Source: Candidatus Krumholzibacteriia bacterium
GTDB taxonomy: Bacteria; Krumholzibacteriota; Krumholzibacteriia; LZORAL124-64-63
DNA: 64,000 nucleotides
Direction: 5' to 3'
NCBI GenBank assembly: GCA_024762975.1
Contig: JANTGJ010000002.1
Span: 5,235-69,234, forward strand
Numbering within the stretch: position 1 is the stretch's first letter; each line of letters starts with the position of its first letter. The notes under the pieces are model-generated. The model worked only from the letters and a program-made list of their open reading frames with translations, was not told the DNA's origin and ran no database searches. Positions 1 to 8,440 of this stretch are shown in pieces. The position numbers and the translations under genes are program-made.

Positions 1-1178
1 TTGCGACCCGAACCGGCACTGAGCGTGGTGTAGACCGTATCGGCATAGGCATGCCACGCGGCACCGGCGAACGAGTCGGCCTCGCCGATGCGGACCTGGG
101 TAGCTACGGCATCGCACAGCATGCGGACCACCGGATCAGCAGTGGCTCCATCGACGTCCGCGGTACACGTCGCATCGGTCATCAGGTCGCCTGAAACCGT
201 GGCCTGGAGGACCGGCGAATCATATCCCAGATCGCCGCGGAATTGGCCATAGATGGTCTGATCGAGGAGAGTATCTTCCAGTTCGTACGTTGGATCGCCG
301 GAAAAGTCGCTCCAGGCTTCGGTCTCGAGATCTTCTGCGGTCGCAGCGAAGCGGGCCTGCTGCACTCCCTCCGGTGGTACCGTCAGGATCACATTCCTCG
401 TCGCCACCGTCGTCGAGGAATTCTCCACGGAGAACTCGGGTCCAAACAGAGTACGCACCCAGCCCTCCACTACCGGTGATTCCCAGCCACTGGAGGTCGC
501 TTGAACGTAGTAACGGAGAGTGTCATGGTCGGCGGTTGCGGTGCCCAGGTCGAGCACGACCTGTTGCACCGCATACAACTCCGCGACCGGCGCCGTCACG
601 GCACCGATGAAGTTGCGATTGTTGGCCACGAGCAATTCGTCGCCTCGGGTTACTGAAATGTTCAACGTCAGGTAGCGACTGGCCGTCAGCTTGTTTCCCG
701 CGCCGGCAACGACCTGCGGTGTGACGACCGCATCGGGATCCTGATAATTGGTCAGGCTGAAATCACCTGAATTCGTGAAGGCGGTCACGCCGAAGTAGTA
801 GGCCTGGTCGTGATCCTCGATCGGAAATTGCGCGAACGCGCGCGGCTGGGTCGTCGGGGCGAACGATTGCCAGAACTCGTAGCCACTGTCGTATTCGGTG
901 CTGACAATGACATCGTAGGCCGAGATTCCGTAGCCCGGAAGCTGCTGCCAGGTGACGGTGTACAGCGAATCTCCCCGCGTGGCCTGGATGTCCATGGGGG
1001 TTCCGGCGAGCGGGCCGTCGGCGTCGAAGGGATTCTCGAAGACCGGCTCTGCGGGCTTGCTCTCGCAGCCGGCGATCCACAGGGCTCCCGCAGCGATGAG
1101 CGCCAGCGCGAGGGCGACGGTCCAGACGCCGAGTCTGGTATTTCCCGAGTCATTCCGAGCCTGCTTGCCGATGTGCAT
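1..1178 (-). CDS. Putative lipoprotein, 3'-truncated at the window edge (N-terminal MHIGKQARNDSGNTRLGVWTVALALALIAAGALWIAGCES...).
   Basis: Reverse-strand ORF runs open from ATG at 1176-1178 to the window edge. GGAGAG sits upstream of the ATG. Signal peptide with LWIAGC lipobox. High third-position GC typical of coding. Absent from the ORF track only because its stop codon lies outside the window. Confidence 0.55.
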   Translation of the reverse strand, partial: MHIGKQARNDSGNTRLGVWTVALALALIAAGALWIAGCESKPAEPVFENPFDADGPLAGTPMDIQATRGDSLYTVTWQQLPGYGISAYDVIVSTEYDSGYEFWQSFAPTTQPRAFAQFPIEDHDQAYYFGVTAFTNSGDFSLTNYQDPDAVVTPQVVAGAGNKLTASRYLTLNISVTRGDELLVANNRNFIGAVTAPVAELYAVQQVVLDLGTATADHDTLRYYVQATSSGWESPVVEGWVRTLFGPEFSVENSSTTVATRNVILTVPPEGVQQARFAATAEDLETEAWSDFSGDPTYELEDTLLDQTIYGQFRGDLGYDSPVLQATVSGDLMTDATCTADVDGATADPVVRMLCDAVATQVRIGEADSFAGAAWHAYADTVYTTLSAGSGR

Positions 1179-1213
1179 CGTCAATTCTCTCCGGTTTCGA
1201 TGATTGCCGGTAC

Positions 1214-1942
1214 CTAGAACCTGGTTTTCCAGCCGAGGTGCAGCGATGGATCCGGGCTTCCACCGCGATCGAGGTTGCTCCATTGCGGGGGCTGCCCGAC
1301 TCCGGCTTCGATGCCGGGGAAAAGTGTCATCGTGTCCAGCAGGCTCAGCAGGATGGCGCCGCCCGTGATCCACAGGCCGGTGTCCCGGAGCGTCTCGGCG
1401 TCTTCCATGTCGGCATAGGATGCCATGGCCTGGGACCGGTAGTTGGCCGCCTGATCCGGGTTGATCTGCAGACCGTACTGCTCCATGAGCAGGAGGTAGT
1501 CCTTGCGATGATTGCTGCGACTCAGCTCACCGGCGACCGCGGTCAGCAGACCGCCGACCTCGAGCGCGTTGTAGGCCCATCCCCGCAAGTTCTGTCCCGT
1601 ATAGTGCTGGCCCAGGCCGGCGAAGAGCACATTGCCGAGCAGGGCGGTGCGCCGCTTCAGCGGCATCAGACGGACCTCGATCCACTTCCCGTCACCGTCG
1701 GCGAGCAGTTTGACTTTCGATTCGTAGGGCTGATGACCGGGCAGCTCGCAGCGAAGCTCGTACTCGCCGGGCTGCAAATCGAGGGGGCCGTCCAGCGGCA
1801 GGAAGCCGATGGGACGGCCGTCGATGAGGACTTCGACGCCCTCGGGACCGGTGATCTGCAACGGGGCAGCCTCCGCCGTGGCGATCCATCCCGTCGCGGT
1901 GCAGAACAAGCAGAGAGCGAACAGCAGGGACTTCGGGTTCAT
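1214..1942 (-). CDS. PEGA-domain protein: signal peptide, PEGA fold (LQITGPEGVEVLIDGRPIG), C-terminal membrane helix.
   Basis: ATG at 1940-1942 gives MNPKSLLFALCLFCTATGWIATAEA. PEGA motif and hydrophobic C-terminal segment. 35 bp from the downstream gene. Confidence 0.7.
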   Translation of the reverse strand: MNPKSLLFALCLFCTATGWIATAEAAPLQITGPEGVEVLIDGRPIGFLPLDGPLDLQPGEYELRCELPGHQPYESKVKLLADGDGKWIEVRLMPLKRRTALLGNVLFAGLGQHYTGQNLRGWAYNALEVGGLLTAVAGELSRSNHRKDYLLLMEQYGLQINPDQAANYRSQAMASYADMEDAETLRDTGLWITGGAILLSLLDTMTLFPGIEAGVGQPPQWSNLDRGGSPDPSLHLGWKTRF

Positions 1943-2150
1943 GCCGAATCGTATCCTGTCACGGGTTCGAGGATCGGTCACGCCGGGTGCCGGATTTCCC
2001 GGACCGCCGGCCGTGCGATCAGTGTCTGGCCTTTGCGAATCAGGGCCTAGTATAGGACAAGCATTCACGGCTTGCCCAGAAAAACCCGGGTACCGCCGCG
2101 GAGCCTCTGCAACGCCGGTATCCGCCGAACGTTCCCGGTGGTTCGCCGGG

Positions 2151-2612
2151 TCAGGCACGATGGTATGGCTTTCCGCGCAGGATGCTGTGGCCCCGGTAGA
2201 TCTGCTCGACCAGCAGCATGCGCGCCATCTCATGGGTCCAGGTCATCGCCGACAGGCGCACACGCCGCGTCGCCCGGGCGAATACTTCATCGCTCAGTCC
2301 GTCCGGGCCGCCGATCACGAAGACCGGGCTGCCGTGGGCCCCCAACAGCTTCGAGAATTGCATCGAGGTCAGGTCCTCGCCGTGTTCATCCAGGGCGATG
2401 ACCGGATTGCCGGAACCGGTGTTGCCCAGTTTCGCGATCAGCTCGCGGTTCTCCCGGTCCGGGGACGAGTCCTTGATCTCGGTGACCTCGACCCGTGCCA
2501 GGGGACGCAGGCGCTTCAGATAGTCCGCCGTAAGATCCGAGAGGCACGAATTCTTCATCTTGCCGACAGCGACGATTCGGATCAACGCGATCTCCCTTCC
2601 CGGAGGTGGCAA
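2151..2612 (-). CDS. rlmH: 23S rRNA (pseudouridine1915-N3)-methyltransferase RlmH (SPOUT family).
   Basis: IRIVAVGKMK...ADYLKRL...VIALDEHGE...FVIGGPDGLSDEV matches RlmH over the full length. TTG start at 2612; an alternative TTG near 2585 follows GGGAAGGGAG. Confidence 0.85.
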   Translation of the reverse strand: MPPPGREIALIRIVAVGKMKNSCLSDLTADYLKRLRPLARVEVTEIKDSSPDRENRELIAKLGNTGSGNPVIALDEHGEDLTSMQFSKLLGAHGSPVFVIGGPDGLSDEVFARATRRVRLSAMTWTHEMARMLLVEQIYRGHSILRGKPYHRA

Positions 2613-2929
2613 TAAAACGAGAGAAATTTCGTCCGTAATTTGTCATCCTGTTGTCATCATTGATCGAACAGGCATCGGTAAGGGTTTCCAAACATTCTCT
2701 TGACACTCGTTCGTATCAACTGCCTTATTGGGCCACGAGTTGCGCGGAACAGCAACTGTTTTGGAGGCCAGCCGCCGCGGCGTGCTGGATCGCATCTCCT
2801 GGCTGTCCGGGTCCCGACGTTCTGACTGCCGAAAAGCCGAATCACGTCGCCGCAATCCGGTATTCGTGATCTCGGCCCCGACAGTCTGCATGATGAGGGC
2901 TCCCGGCGCAATCGGAACCGGGACATTCC

Positions 2930-3427
2930 ATGGACACAATGCTTCCGATGGGATCTGTCGACGTTGGTATGAATGGCCACTTCGCCACGGTCCTGATTTT
3001 CGTGTTGATCGGGTTCTTTTTCGCGGCAGTGGCGCTGATCGTGGCCAAGCTGCTGCGGCCCCACGATCCCAATCCGACCAAATTGACCACCTATGAATGC
3101 GGTGAAGAGACTCGCGGTTCCTCCTGGATCCGTTTCAACGTGCGATTCTACCTGGTCGCCCTGTTCTTCATCGTTTTCGATGTCGAGGTCATCTTTCTGT
3201 ACCCCTGGGCGGTCGTTTTCAAACATCTGCTTCCCCTGCCCGAGCTGGGGGTCCTGGTCTTCTGGGAAATGGTCATCTTCCTGGTCATTCTCAGCCTCGG
3301 CCTGGCCTATATCTGGGTGAAAGGCGATCTGGACTGGGTCAAGAAACTGGTCGATCGCGCTGAGGATGAGCCGCCCCGCAGGAATCCCCTTCTGAAGTCC
3401 GTAACCAACGAGGAGGGATCCCAGTGA
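2930..3427 (+). CDS. nuoA: NADH-quinone oxidoreductase subunit A.
   Basis: Three-helix membrane protein with YECGEE...[13 protein letters not shown] signature. First gene of the nuo operon. An alternative ATG at 2969 gives MNGHFATV.... Confidence 0.85.
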   Translation: MDTMLPMGSVDVGMNGHFATVLIFVLIGFFFAAVALIVAKLLRPHDPNPTKLTTYECGEETRGSSWIRFNVRFYLVALFFIVFDVEVIFLYPWAVVFKHLLPLPELGVLVFWEMVIFLVILSLGLAYIWVKGDLDWVKKLVDRAEDEPPRRNPLLKSVTNEEGSQ

Positions 3428-4050
3428 GCAGGGACTCCAAGACTCCGCCCGAAGGCTACGATGTGGATCGCGAGCATATGCTCGATTTCCAGGTTCCCAA
3501 GCAGTTGCAGCAGGTGCTCGAGGATGACGGCAGGGGCGACGGCAAGAACTATCTGCTGACGACACTGGATGAAGTGTTCAATTGGGCCCGGCTGTCGAGC
3601 ATCTGGCCCGTGACCTTCGGTCTGGCCTGCTGTGCCATCGAGATGATGGCGACTTCGGCGACGCGCTACGATATCGACCGCTTCGGAGCCGGCGCTTTCC
3701 GGGCCACTCCGCGCCAGGCCGACCTGATGATCGTCTCGGGTACCGTGACCGCGAAAATGGCCACCCGTCTGAAGAGAATCTACGATCAAATGCCGGAACC
3801 GAAATGGGTCATCGCGATGGGCAGCTGCGCCATCGGTGGCGGACCCTATTTCAAATACGGCTATCACGTGGTCAAGGGCGTGGACCTGCTGGTCCCCGTC
3901 GATGTGTACGTGCCCGGCTGCCCGCCGCGCCCGGAAGTGCTGCTGGAGGGCCTGATGCGCCTGCAGGACAAAATTCGGGGACGCGAAGGCAAGTTGCAGG
4001 CTCCGAAGTGGGTCAGCGACTACGCGCAGAAGATTCCTTACCGCAAGTAG
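3424..4050 (+). CDS. nuoB: NADH-quinone oxidoreductase subunit B.
   Basis: [10 protein letters not shown]...[10 protein letters not shown]...VPGCPPRP are the Cys ligands of cluster N2. GTG start overlaps the nuoA stop. Confidence 0.95.
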   Translation: MSRDSKTPPEGYDVDREHMLDFQVPKQLQQVLEDDGRGDGKNYLLTTLDEVFNWARLSSIWPVTFGLACCAIEMMATSATRYDIDRFGAGAFRATPRQADLMIVSGTVTAKMATRLKRIYDQMPEPKWVIAMGSCAIGGGPYFKYGYHVVKGVDLLVPVDVYVPGCPPRPEVLLEGLMRLQDKIRGREGKLQAPKWVSDYAQKIPYRK

Positions 4051-4078
4051 CGTTGCTGAAGAATTGAGGCGAGCAGGA

Positions 4079-4720
4079 ATGGAACAGAAAGCGATCTACG
4101 AGAAGCTGGTGGAAAAATTCGGCGAGGGCGCACTCGGTTTTCTGGAAGAGGGCCCCGAGCCGGTTGCGGATATTGCGCCGCAGAAGATCGCCGAGGCCGC
4201 ACTTTATCTGCGTGACGAAGCGGGCTTGGAATTCGACCAGTTGATGTGCCTGTCGGGCCTCGACTGGGACGGATTCGACGAGAACGGCAAGGGTAAATCC
4301 GTCGCGATCCTCGGGTATGACGTGGGAGGACAGCCGGAGACCAGCGACCGCGTCGGCGAAGGGGATCTGGGCGTGGCGTACCACCTGTACAGTCACGGAC
4401 AGAGGCACAAGTTCACGATGCGCGTTCGCGTACCGCGCACGGCTCCGACCCTGCCTTCGGTGGCGGGCGTTTGGAGTACCGCCGGCTGGCACGAGCGCGA
4501 GGCCTACGATCTGGTAGGCATCACTTTCGAGGGTCATCCGGATCTGCGGCGCATCCTGCTGGAAGAGGAGTGGGAGGGCCATCCGTTGCGCAAGGACTAC
4601 GTGATGCCGGACCGCTGGGGCCAGGTGCCCCTGGACGGCAAGAATTTGGCGAAGAACCCGTTCCCCGCGACCGAGCCCGATCCGAGCGGATCCGCTCCGG
4701 CCGCGCCGACGGAGGACTGA
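4079..4720 (+). CDS. nuoC: NADH-quinone oxidoreductase subunit C.
   Basis: MEQKAIYEKLVEKFG...WHEREAYDLVGITFEGHPDLRRILL matches the NuoC/30 kDa subunit. ATG at 4079; the ORF track extends 5 codons further upstream. Confidence 0.9.
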   Translation: MEQKAIYEKLVEKFGEGALGFLEEGPEPVADIAPQKIAEAALYLRDEAGLEFDQLMCLSGLDWDGFDENGKGKSVAILGYDVGGQPETSDRVGEGDLGVAYHLYSHGQRHKFTMRVRVPRTAPTLPSVAGVWSTAGWHEREAYDLVGITFEGHPDLRRILLEEEWEGHPLRKDYVMPDRWGQVPLDGKNLAKNPFPATEPDPSGSAPAAPTED

Positions 4721-4723
4721 TCC

Positions 4724-5902
4724 ATGGCCAACCAGGAGACCAAGATGAACAGCGGTTGGGCCGATCAGGACCATGTCCCCGGCATCAAGTCCGAGCTCAT
4801 GGAACTGAACATGGGACCGCAGCACCCGGCCACGCACGGGGTGTTGCGCCTGTTGCTGGAAACCGACGGCGAGATCGTCCACAAGTGTACTCCGGTACTG
4901 GGCTACCTGCACCGCTGTGCCGAAAAGATCGCCGAGGGCATCAATTACAAGCAGTTCGTGCTCTATACCGATCGATTCGACTACCTGGCGCCGGTGTGCT
5001 GCAACCACGCCTACGTCACGGCGGTTGAAAAGCTGATGGATGTCGAAGTGCCCGAGCGGGCCGAGCACCTGCGCGTGATCACGGCCGAGTTGTCGCGGAT
5101 CGCCAGCCATCTGATCGCCCTGGCTACCTTCGGTCTGGACATGGGCGCCTGGACGCCGCTGCTGTACTGTTTCCGCGAGCGCGAGGCGATCCTGGATCTG
5201 CTCGAGCGGATCGCCGGCGGCCGGATGCTCTACAACTTCTTTGTTCCCGGCGGTGTGCGCTACGATGTGCCGGATGAGAAGTGGACCGCAGACGTGCTCG
5301 AGTTCGTCACGATGCTCGAAACCAAGAAGGTCAAGGATTACAACCAGCTGCTGAGCTACAACAAGATCTTCATCGAGCGTCTGGCCGACGTGGGCGTGAT
5401 CAGCCAGCAGGACGCATTCGACTATGGCAGCACCGGCCCGGTGCTGCGCGGCTCGGGCGTCAGTTTCGATTGCCGCAAGGACGATCCCTACTCGGTCTAT
5501 CCCAAATTCGATTTCGAGGTACCGGTCGGACGGGGCGAGATGGGGACGGTGGGTGACTGCTGGGACCGTTATATGGTTCGGGTCCGCGAGATCGAGCAGT
5601 CCTGCCGTATTATCCGCCAGGCCGTCGACACCATGCCCGGCGGCGAGGTGCACGCGATCGGCCTGACCAAACCGGTCAAGCTGCCGGCCGGAGCCGCCTA
5701 TTCGCGTACCGAGAGCAGCAAGGGCGAGCTGGGACACTACATCATCTCGGACGGCGGCCAGATGCCTTTCCGTAACAAGGTCCGCTCGCCGTCCTTCTGT
5801 AACCTTCAGATCATCGAGAAGATCGGCGTCGGCCAGATGGTCAGTGACCTCGTGGCCTTCATCGGATCGCTGGACATCGTACTCGGGGAGATTGATCGCT
5901 GA
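4724..5902 (+). CDS. nuoD: NADH-quinone oxidoreductase subunit D.
   Basis: NMGPQHPATHGVLRL... matches the 49 kDa subunit. GGAGGA precedes the ATG. Separate from nuoC, not fused. Confidence 0.95.
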   Translation: MANQETKMNSGWADQDHVPGIKSELMELNMGPQHPATHGVLRLLLETDGEIVHKCTPVLGYLHRCAEKIAEGINYKQFVLYTDRFDYLAPVCCNHAYVTAVEKLMDVEVPERAEHLRVITAELSRIASHLIALATFGLDMGAWTPLLYCFREREAILDLLERIAGGRMLYNFFVPGGVRYDVPDEKWTADVLEFVTMLETKKVKDYNQLLSYNKIFIERLADVGVISQQDAFDYGSTGPVLRGSGVSFDCRKDDPYSVYPKFDFEVPVGRGEMGTVGDCWDRYMVRVREIEQSCRIIRQAVDTMPGGEVHAIGLTKPVKLPAGAAYSRTESSKGELGHYIISDGGQMPFRNKVRSPSFCNLQIIEKIGVGQMVSDLVAFIGSLDIVLGEIDR

Positions 5903-6954
5903 TGAATATCCTCACCGAAATGATCCGCGGCTGGTTCGGGCCCGACAAGATGTCGGATCAGATGGTGCTCATTCTGTCTGCGGTGACCCTGGCGACGCTG
6001 ATGTTTGTCGTCATGGCGCTCTGTGCGCTGGTTTTCACCTGGATGGAGCGCAAGGTCGCCGGATTCATCCAGAGCCGCTACGGGCCCATGCGCACCGGTC
6101 GCTGGCACGGTTGGGCGCAGGCGGTGGCCGACATGCTGAAGATTCTCGGCAAGGAAGACATCATTCCCGCAGAGGCGAATCGCTTCTTTTTCTCCTTTGC
6201 GCCGATCCTGGTTCTGCTGGGCTCGTTGCTGGCATGGGCTGCGATTCCCTGGTCGCCGAATTTCGTGTCGGCCGATCTGGATCTGGGACTCTTCTACATC
6301 TTTGCCGTCAGCTCGTTGGCGATCATCGGTATCCTGATGGCCGGCTGGGCCTCGAACAACAAGTGGGCGCTGTATGGAGCCGCGCGCGGTGCGGCGCAAA
6401 TGGTCAGTTACGAGATCCCGCTGGCGCTGGCCTGTATTCCGGTCGTGATGTACACCGGCTCGCTGAACACCTCGGATATCGTGATCGCGCAGCAGGGCGG
6501 CGTCCTGAACTGGTTTCTCTTCCGCAATCCGTTCATTTTCGTGGCGTTCTTCATGTACTTCATCGCCTCGATCGCCGAGACGAATCGCGGACCGTTCGAT
6601 ATGCCGGAGACCGAATCCGAGCTCGTGGCCGGCTACCATACCGAGTACACCGGCATGCGCTTCGCGTTCTTCTTCCTGAGCGAGTACGCCAACCTGTTCC
6701 TGGTTTCGTTGATCGCATCCATGGTCTTCCTGGGTGGCTGGTGGTCGCCGATTCCGGGGACGGACTTCGCTCCGGCGCTGACCTTCATCATCAAGGGCGT
6801 ACTGATGGTGTTGCTGAATATGTGGGTGCGTTGGACGTTGCCGCGGGTTCGCGTCGATCAGCTGATGTACCTGTGCTGGAAAGTGATGATTCCCGTTTCG
6901 CTGACCTGCGTGGTCGGCGCGGGGCTCTGGATGATGTGGAGAGGCCAGGCCTAG
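5902..6954 (+). CDS. nuoH: NADH-quinone oxidoreductase subunit H.
   Basis: Polytopic membrane protein matching NuoH/ND1 motifs (RYGP, EYAN). ATGA overlaps the nuoD stop. No nuoE, nuoF or nuoG between D and H. Confidence 0.95.
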   Translation: MNILTEMIRGWFGPDKMSDQMVLILSAVTLATLMFVVMALCALVFTWMERKVAGFIQSRYGPMRTGRWHGWAQAVADMLKILGKEDIIPAEANRFFFSFAPILVLLGSLLAWAAIPWSPNFVSADLDLGLFYIFAVSSLAIIGILMAGWASNNKWALYGAARGAAQMVSYEIPLALACIPVVMYTGSLNTSDIVIAQQGGVLNWFLFRNPFIFVAFFMYFIASIAETNRGPFDMPETESELVAGYHTEYTGMRFAFFFLSEYANLFLVSLIASMVFLGGWWSPIPGTDFAPALTFIIKGVLMVLLNMWVRWTLPRVRVDQLMYLCWKVMIPVSLTCVVGAGLWMMWRGQA

Positions 6955-7007
6955 TCGGCCGGTCTTCACGATAGAGTTGGACGGGGCGCAAGCCCGAGGA
7001 GATTTCG

Positions 7008-7562
7008 ATGGCCCGTTACTTCGTGGACATCTGGCAGGCGGTCAGTTCGGCCATGGTCGGCATGTCGATCACCATCAAGCATATCTGGAAGAAACCGGTG
7101 ACGCTGCAGTACCCGGAGGAGCGACAGGTCCTGTCGCCGCGCTTCCGTGGCTTCGTGCACAACGACATGAACAAGTGCGACGCATGCCAGATCTGTGCGC
7201 GGACCTGCCCGGTCGACTGCATCTATATCGAGACCGAGGGCAAGGGCAAGGATCGCTGGCTGACACGCTACGCGATCGACTACAACAAGTGCATCTGGTG
7301 CTCGATGTGCACCGAGGGCTGCCCGGCCAACTCGATCACGATGAGCCACGACTACGACCACTCGGTCTACTTCCGCGAGTCGCTGGTCTATGAGTACGTC
7401 GATCCGACGGTGAAGAAGATTCCGTGCCACAAGGAAAAACGCATCGAGCTGGGCTACCACGTCATGGTGAAGCCGGAGAAGAAGAAGCCTGTGGAGAAGC
7501 CAGCCGCCGAGAAGCCCGCTCCCGAGAGTACCGAGGCCGACGACAAGGGAGAGACGAAGTGA
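7008..7562 (+). CDS. nuoI: NADH-quinone oxidoreductase subunit I (2x[4Fe-4S] ferredoxin).
   Basis: Two CxxCxxCxxxCP motifs (CDACQICARTCP, CIWCSMCTEGCP). Lys- and Glu-rich C-terminal tail. Confidence 0.95.
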   Translation: MARYFVDIWQAVSSAMVGMSITIKHIWKKPVTLQYPEERQVLSPRFRGFVHNDMNKCDACQICARTCPVDCIYIETEGKGKDRWLTRYAIDYNKCIWCSMCTEGCPANSITMSHDYDHSVYFRESLVYEYVDPTVKKIPCHKEKRIELGYHVMVKPEKKKPVEKPAAEKPAPESTEADDKGETK

Positions 7563-8116
7563 CCGCTGCCGATCTGATCTTCTACGCCCTGGCCGCGCTG
7601 ACGCTGGTGCCGGCGCTGTGGGTGGTGGGCTCACCGAATATCGTCCATGCGGGTTTCAACCTGTTGCTGACGCTACTGGGTGTGGCCGGCCTGTTTGCCT
7701 GGCTCGGCGCCGATTTCCTGGCCGTCGCACAATTGATGGTCTACATCGGCGGTGTGCTGGTACTGGTGCTCTTTACGGTGATGATGACACGCGTGCCGCA
7801 GGCCAGGGAAGCGGATAGCGGGGCGAAGAGAGCGATCCTGCCCGGCCTCTTCGCCCTGGGCGTACTGGTCGTGCTGTTGCTGGTGGCCACGGGCACGCAC
7901 TGGGGCGCGCCGGCCCTGACCGATGCGCAGCCGACGACCGCCGAGATCGGTGCGAATTTCATGACCAGCTACATCTTCCCGTTCGAGTACGTCTCGCTGG
8001 TGCTGCTGGCTGCGCTGATCGGCGCGGCCATCCTGATTCGCGAGCCGCGGGGGACCGAAGAGGATGACGAGGCCGGCGCCGCCGTCGAGACTGCCGAAGA
8101 GGAGGTGCAGTCATGA
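7559..8116 (+). CDS. nuoJ: NADH-quinone oxidoreductase subunit J.
   Basis: GTG at 7559 overlaps the nuoI stop (GTGA). Membrane protein in the ND6 position. The ORF-track N-terminal extension lies inside nuoI. Confidence 0.85.
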   Translation: MTAADLIFYALAALTLVPALWVVGSPNIVHAGFNLLLTLLGVAGLFAWLGADFLAVAQLMVYIGGVLVLVLFTVMMTRVPQAREADSGAKRAILPGLFALGVLVVLLLVATGTHWGAPALTDAQPTTAEIGANFMTSYIFPFEYVSLVLLAALIGAAILIREPRGTEEDDEAGAAVETAEEEVQS

Positions 8117-8424
8117 TGGACGTCGGACTGAGCCATTTCGTGGTCGTTTCCGCGCTGCTTTTCTGCCTGGGCCTGTTCGCGGTGATGAAGCGCCGCAATG
8201 CGGTCGGGATCCTGATGGGGGTCGAGCTGATTCTGAACTCGGCGAACCTGAACTTCGTGGCCTTCTCACGCTACGTGCAACACACGATCGACGGTCAGAT
8301 CATGGCCACCTTCGTGATCGTCCTGGCGGCGGCCGAAGCCGCCGTGGCGCTGGCCATCGTGCTGGCGATGTTCCGCAATTTCGGCAACGTGAACGCCGCG
8401 ACGGCCACGAGCCTGAAGCGATAA
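8113..8424 (+). CDS. nuoK: NADH-quinone oxidoreductase subunit K.
   Basis: About 100 aa with three helices matching ND4L. ATGA overlaps the nuoJ stop. Confidence 0.95.
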   Translation: MMDVGLSHFVVVSALLFCLGLFAVMKRRNAVGILMGVELILNSANLNFVAFSRYVQHTIDGQIMATFVIVLAAAEAAVALAIVLAMFRNFGNVNAATATSLKR

Positions 8425-8440
8425 GGGAGTAGTCGAGGAC

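Noticed and set aside
1943-2150. Possible tRNA: a T-arm-like gggttcgagg motif in a 208-bp gap.
   Set aside because: No acceptor stem or anticodon arm could be folded around it. Taken as intergenic.
2657-3565. 302-aa minus-strand ORF across the rlmH-nuoA divergent region and nuoA.
   Set aside because: Overlaps nuoA on the opposite strand and the promoter region. No homology. AT-richer intergenic segment inside it.
4013-5737. 574-aa minus-strand ORF spanning nuoB-nuoD.
   Set aside because: Antisense to three confidently identified nuo genes. No homology. Long spurious ORFs are expected on the opposite strand in sequence with this much GC.
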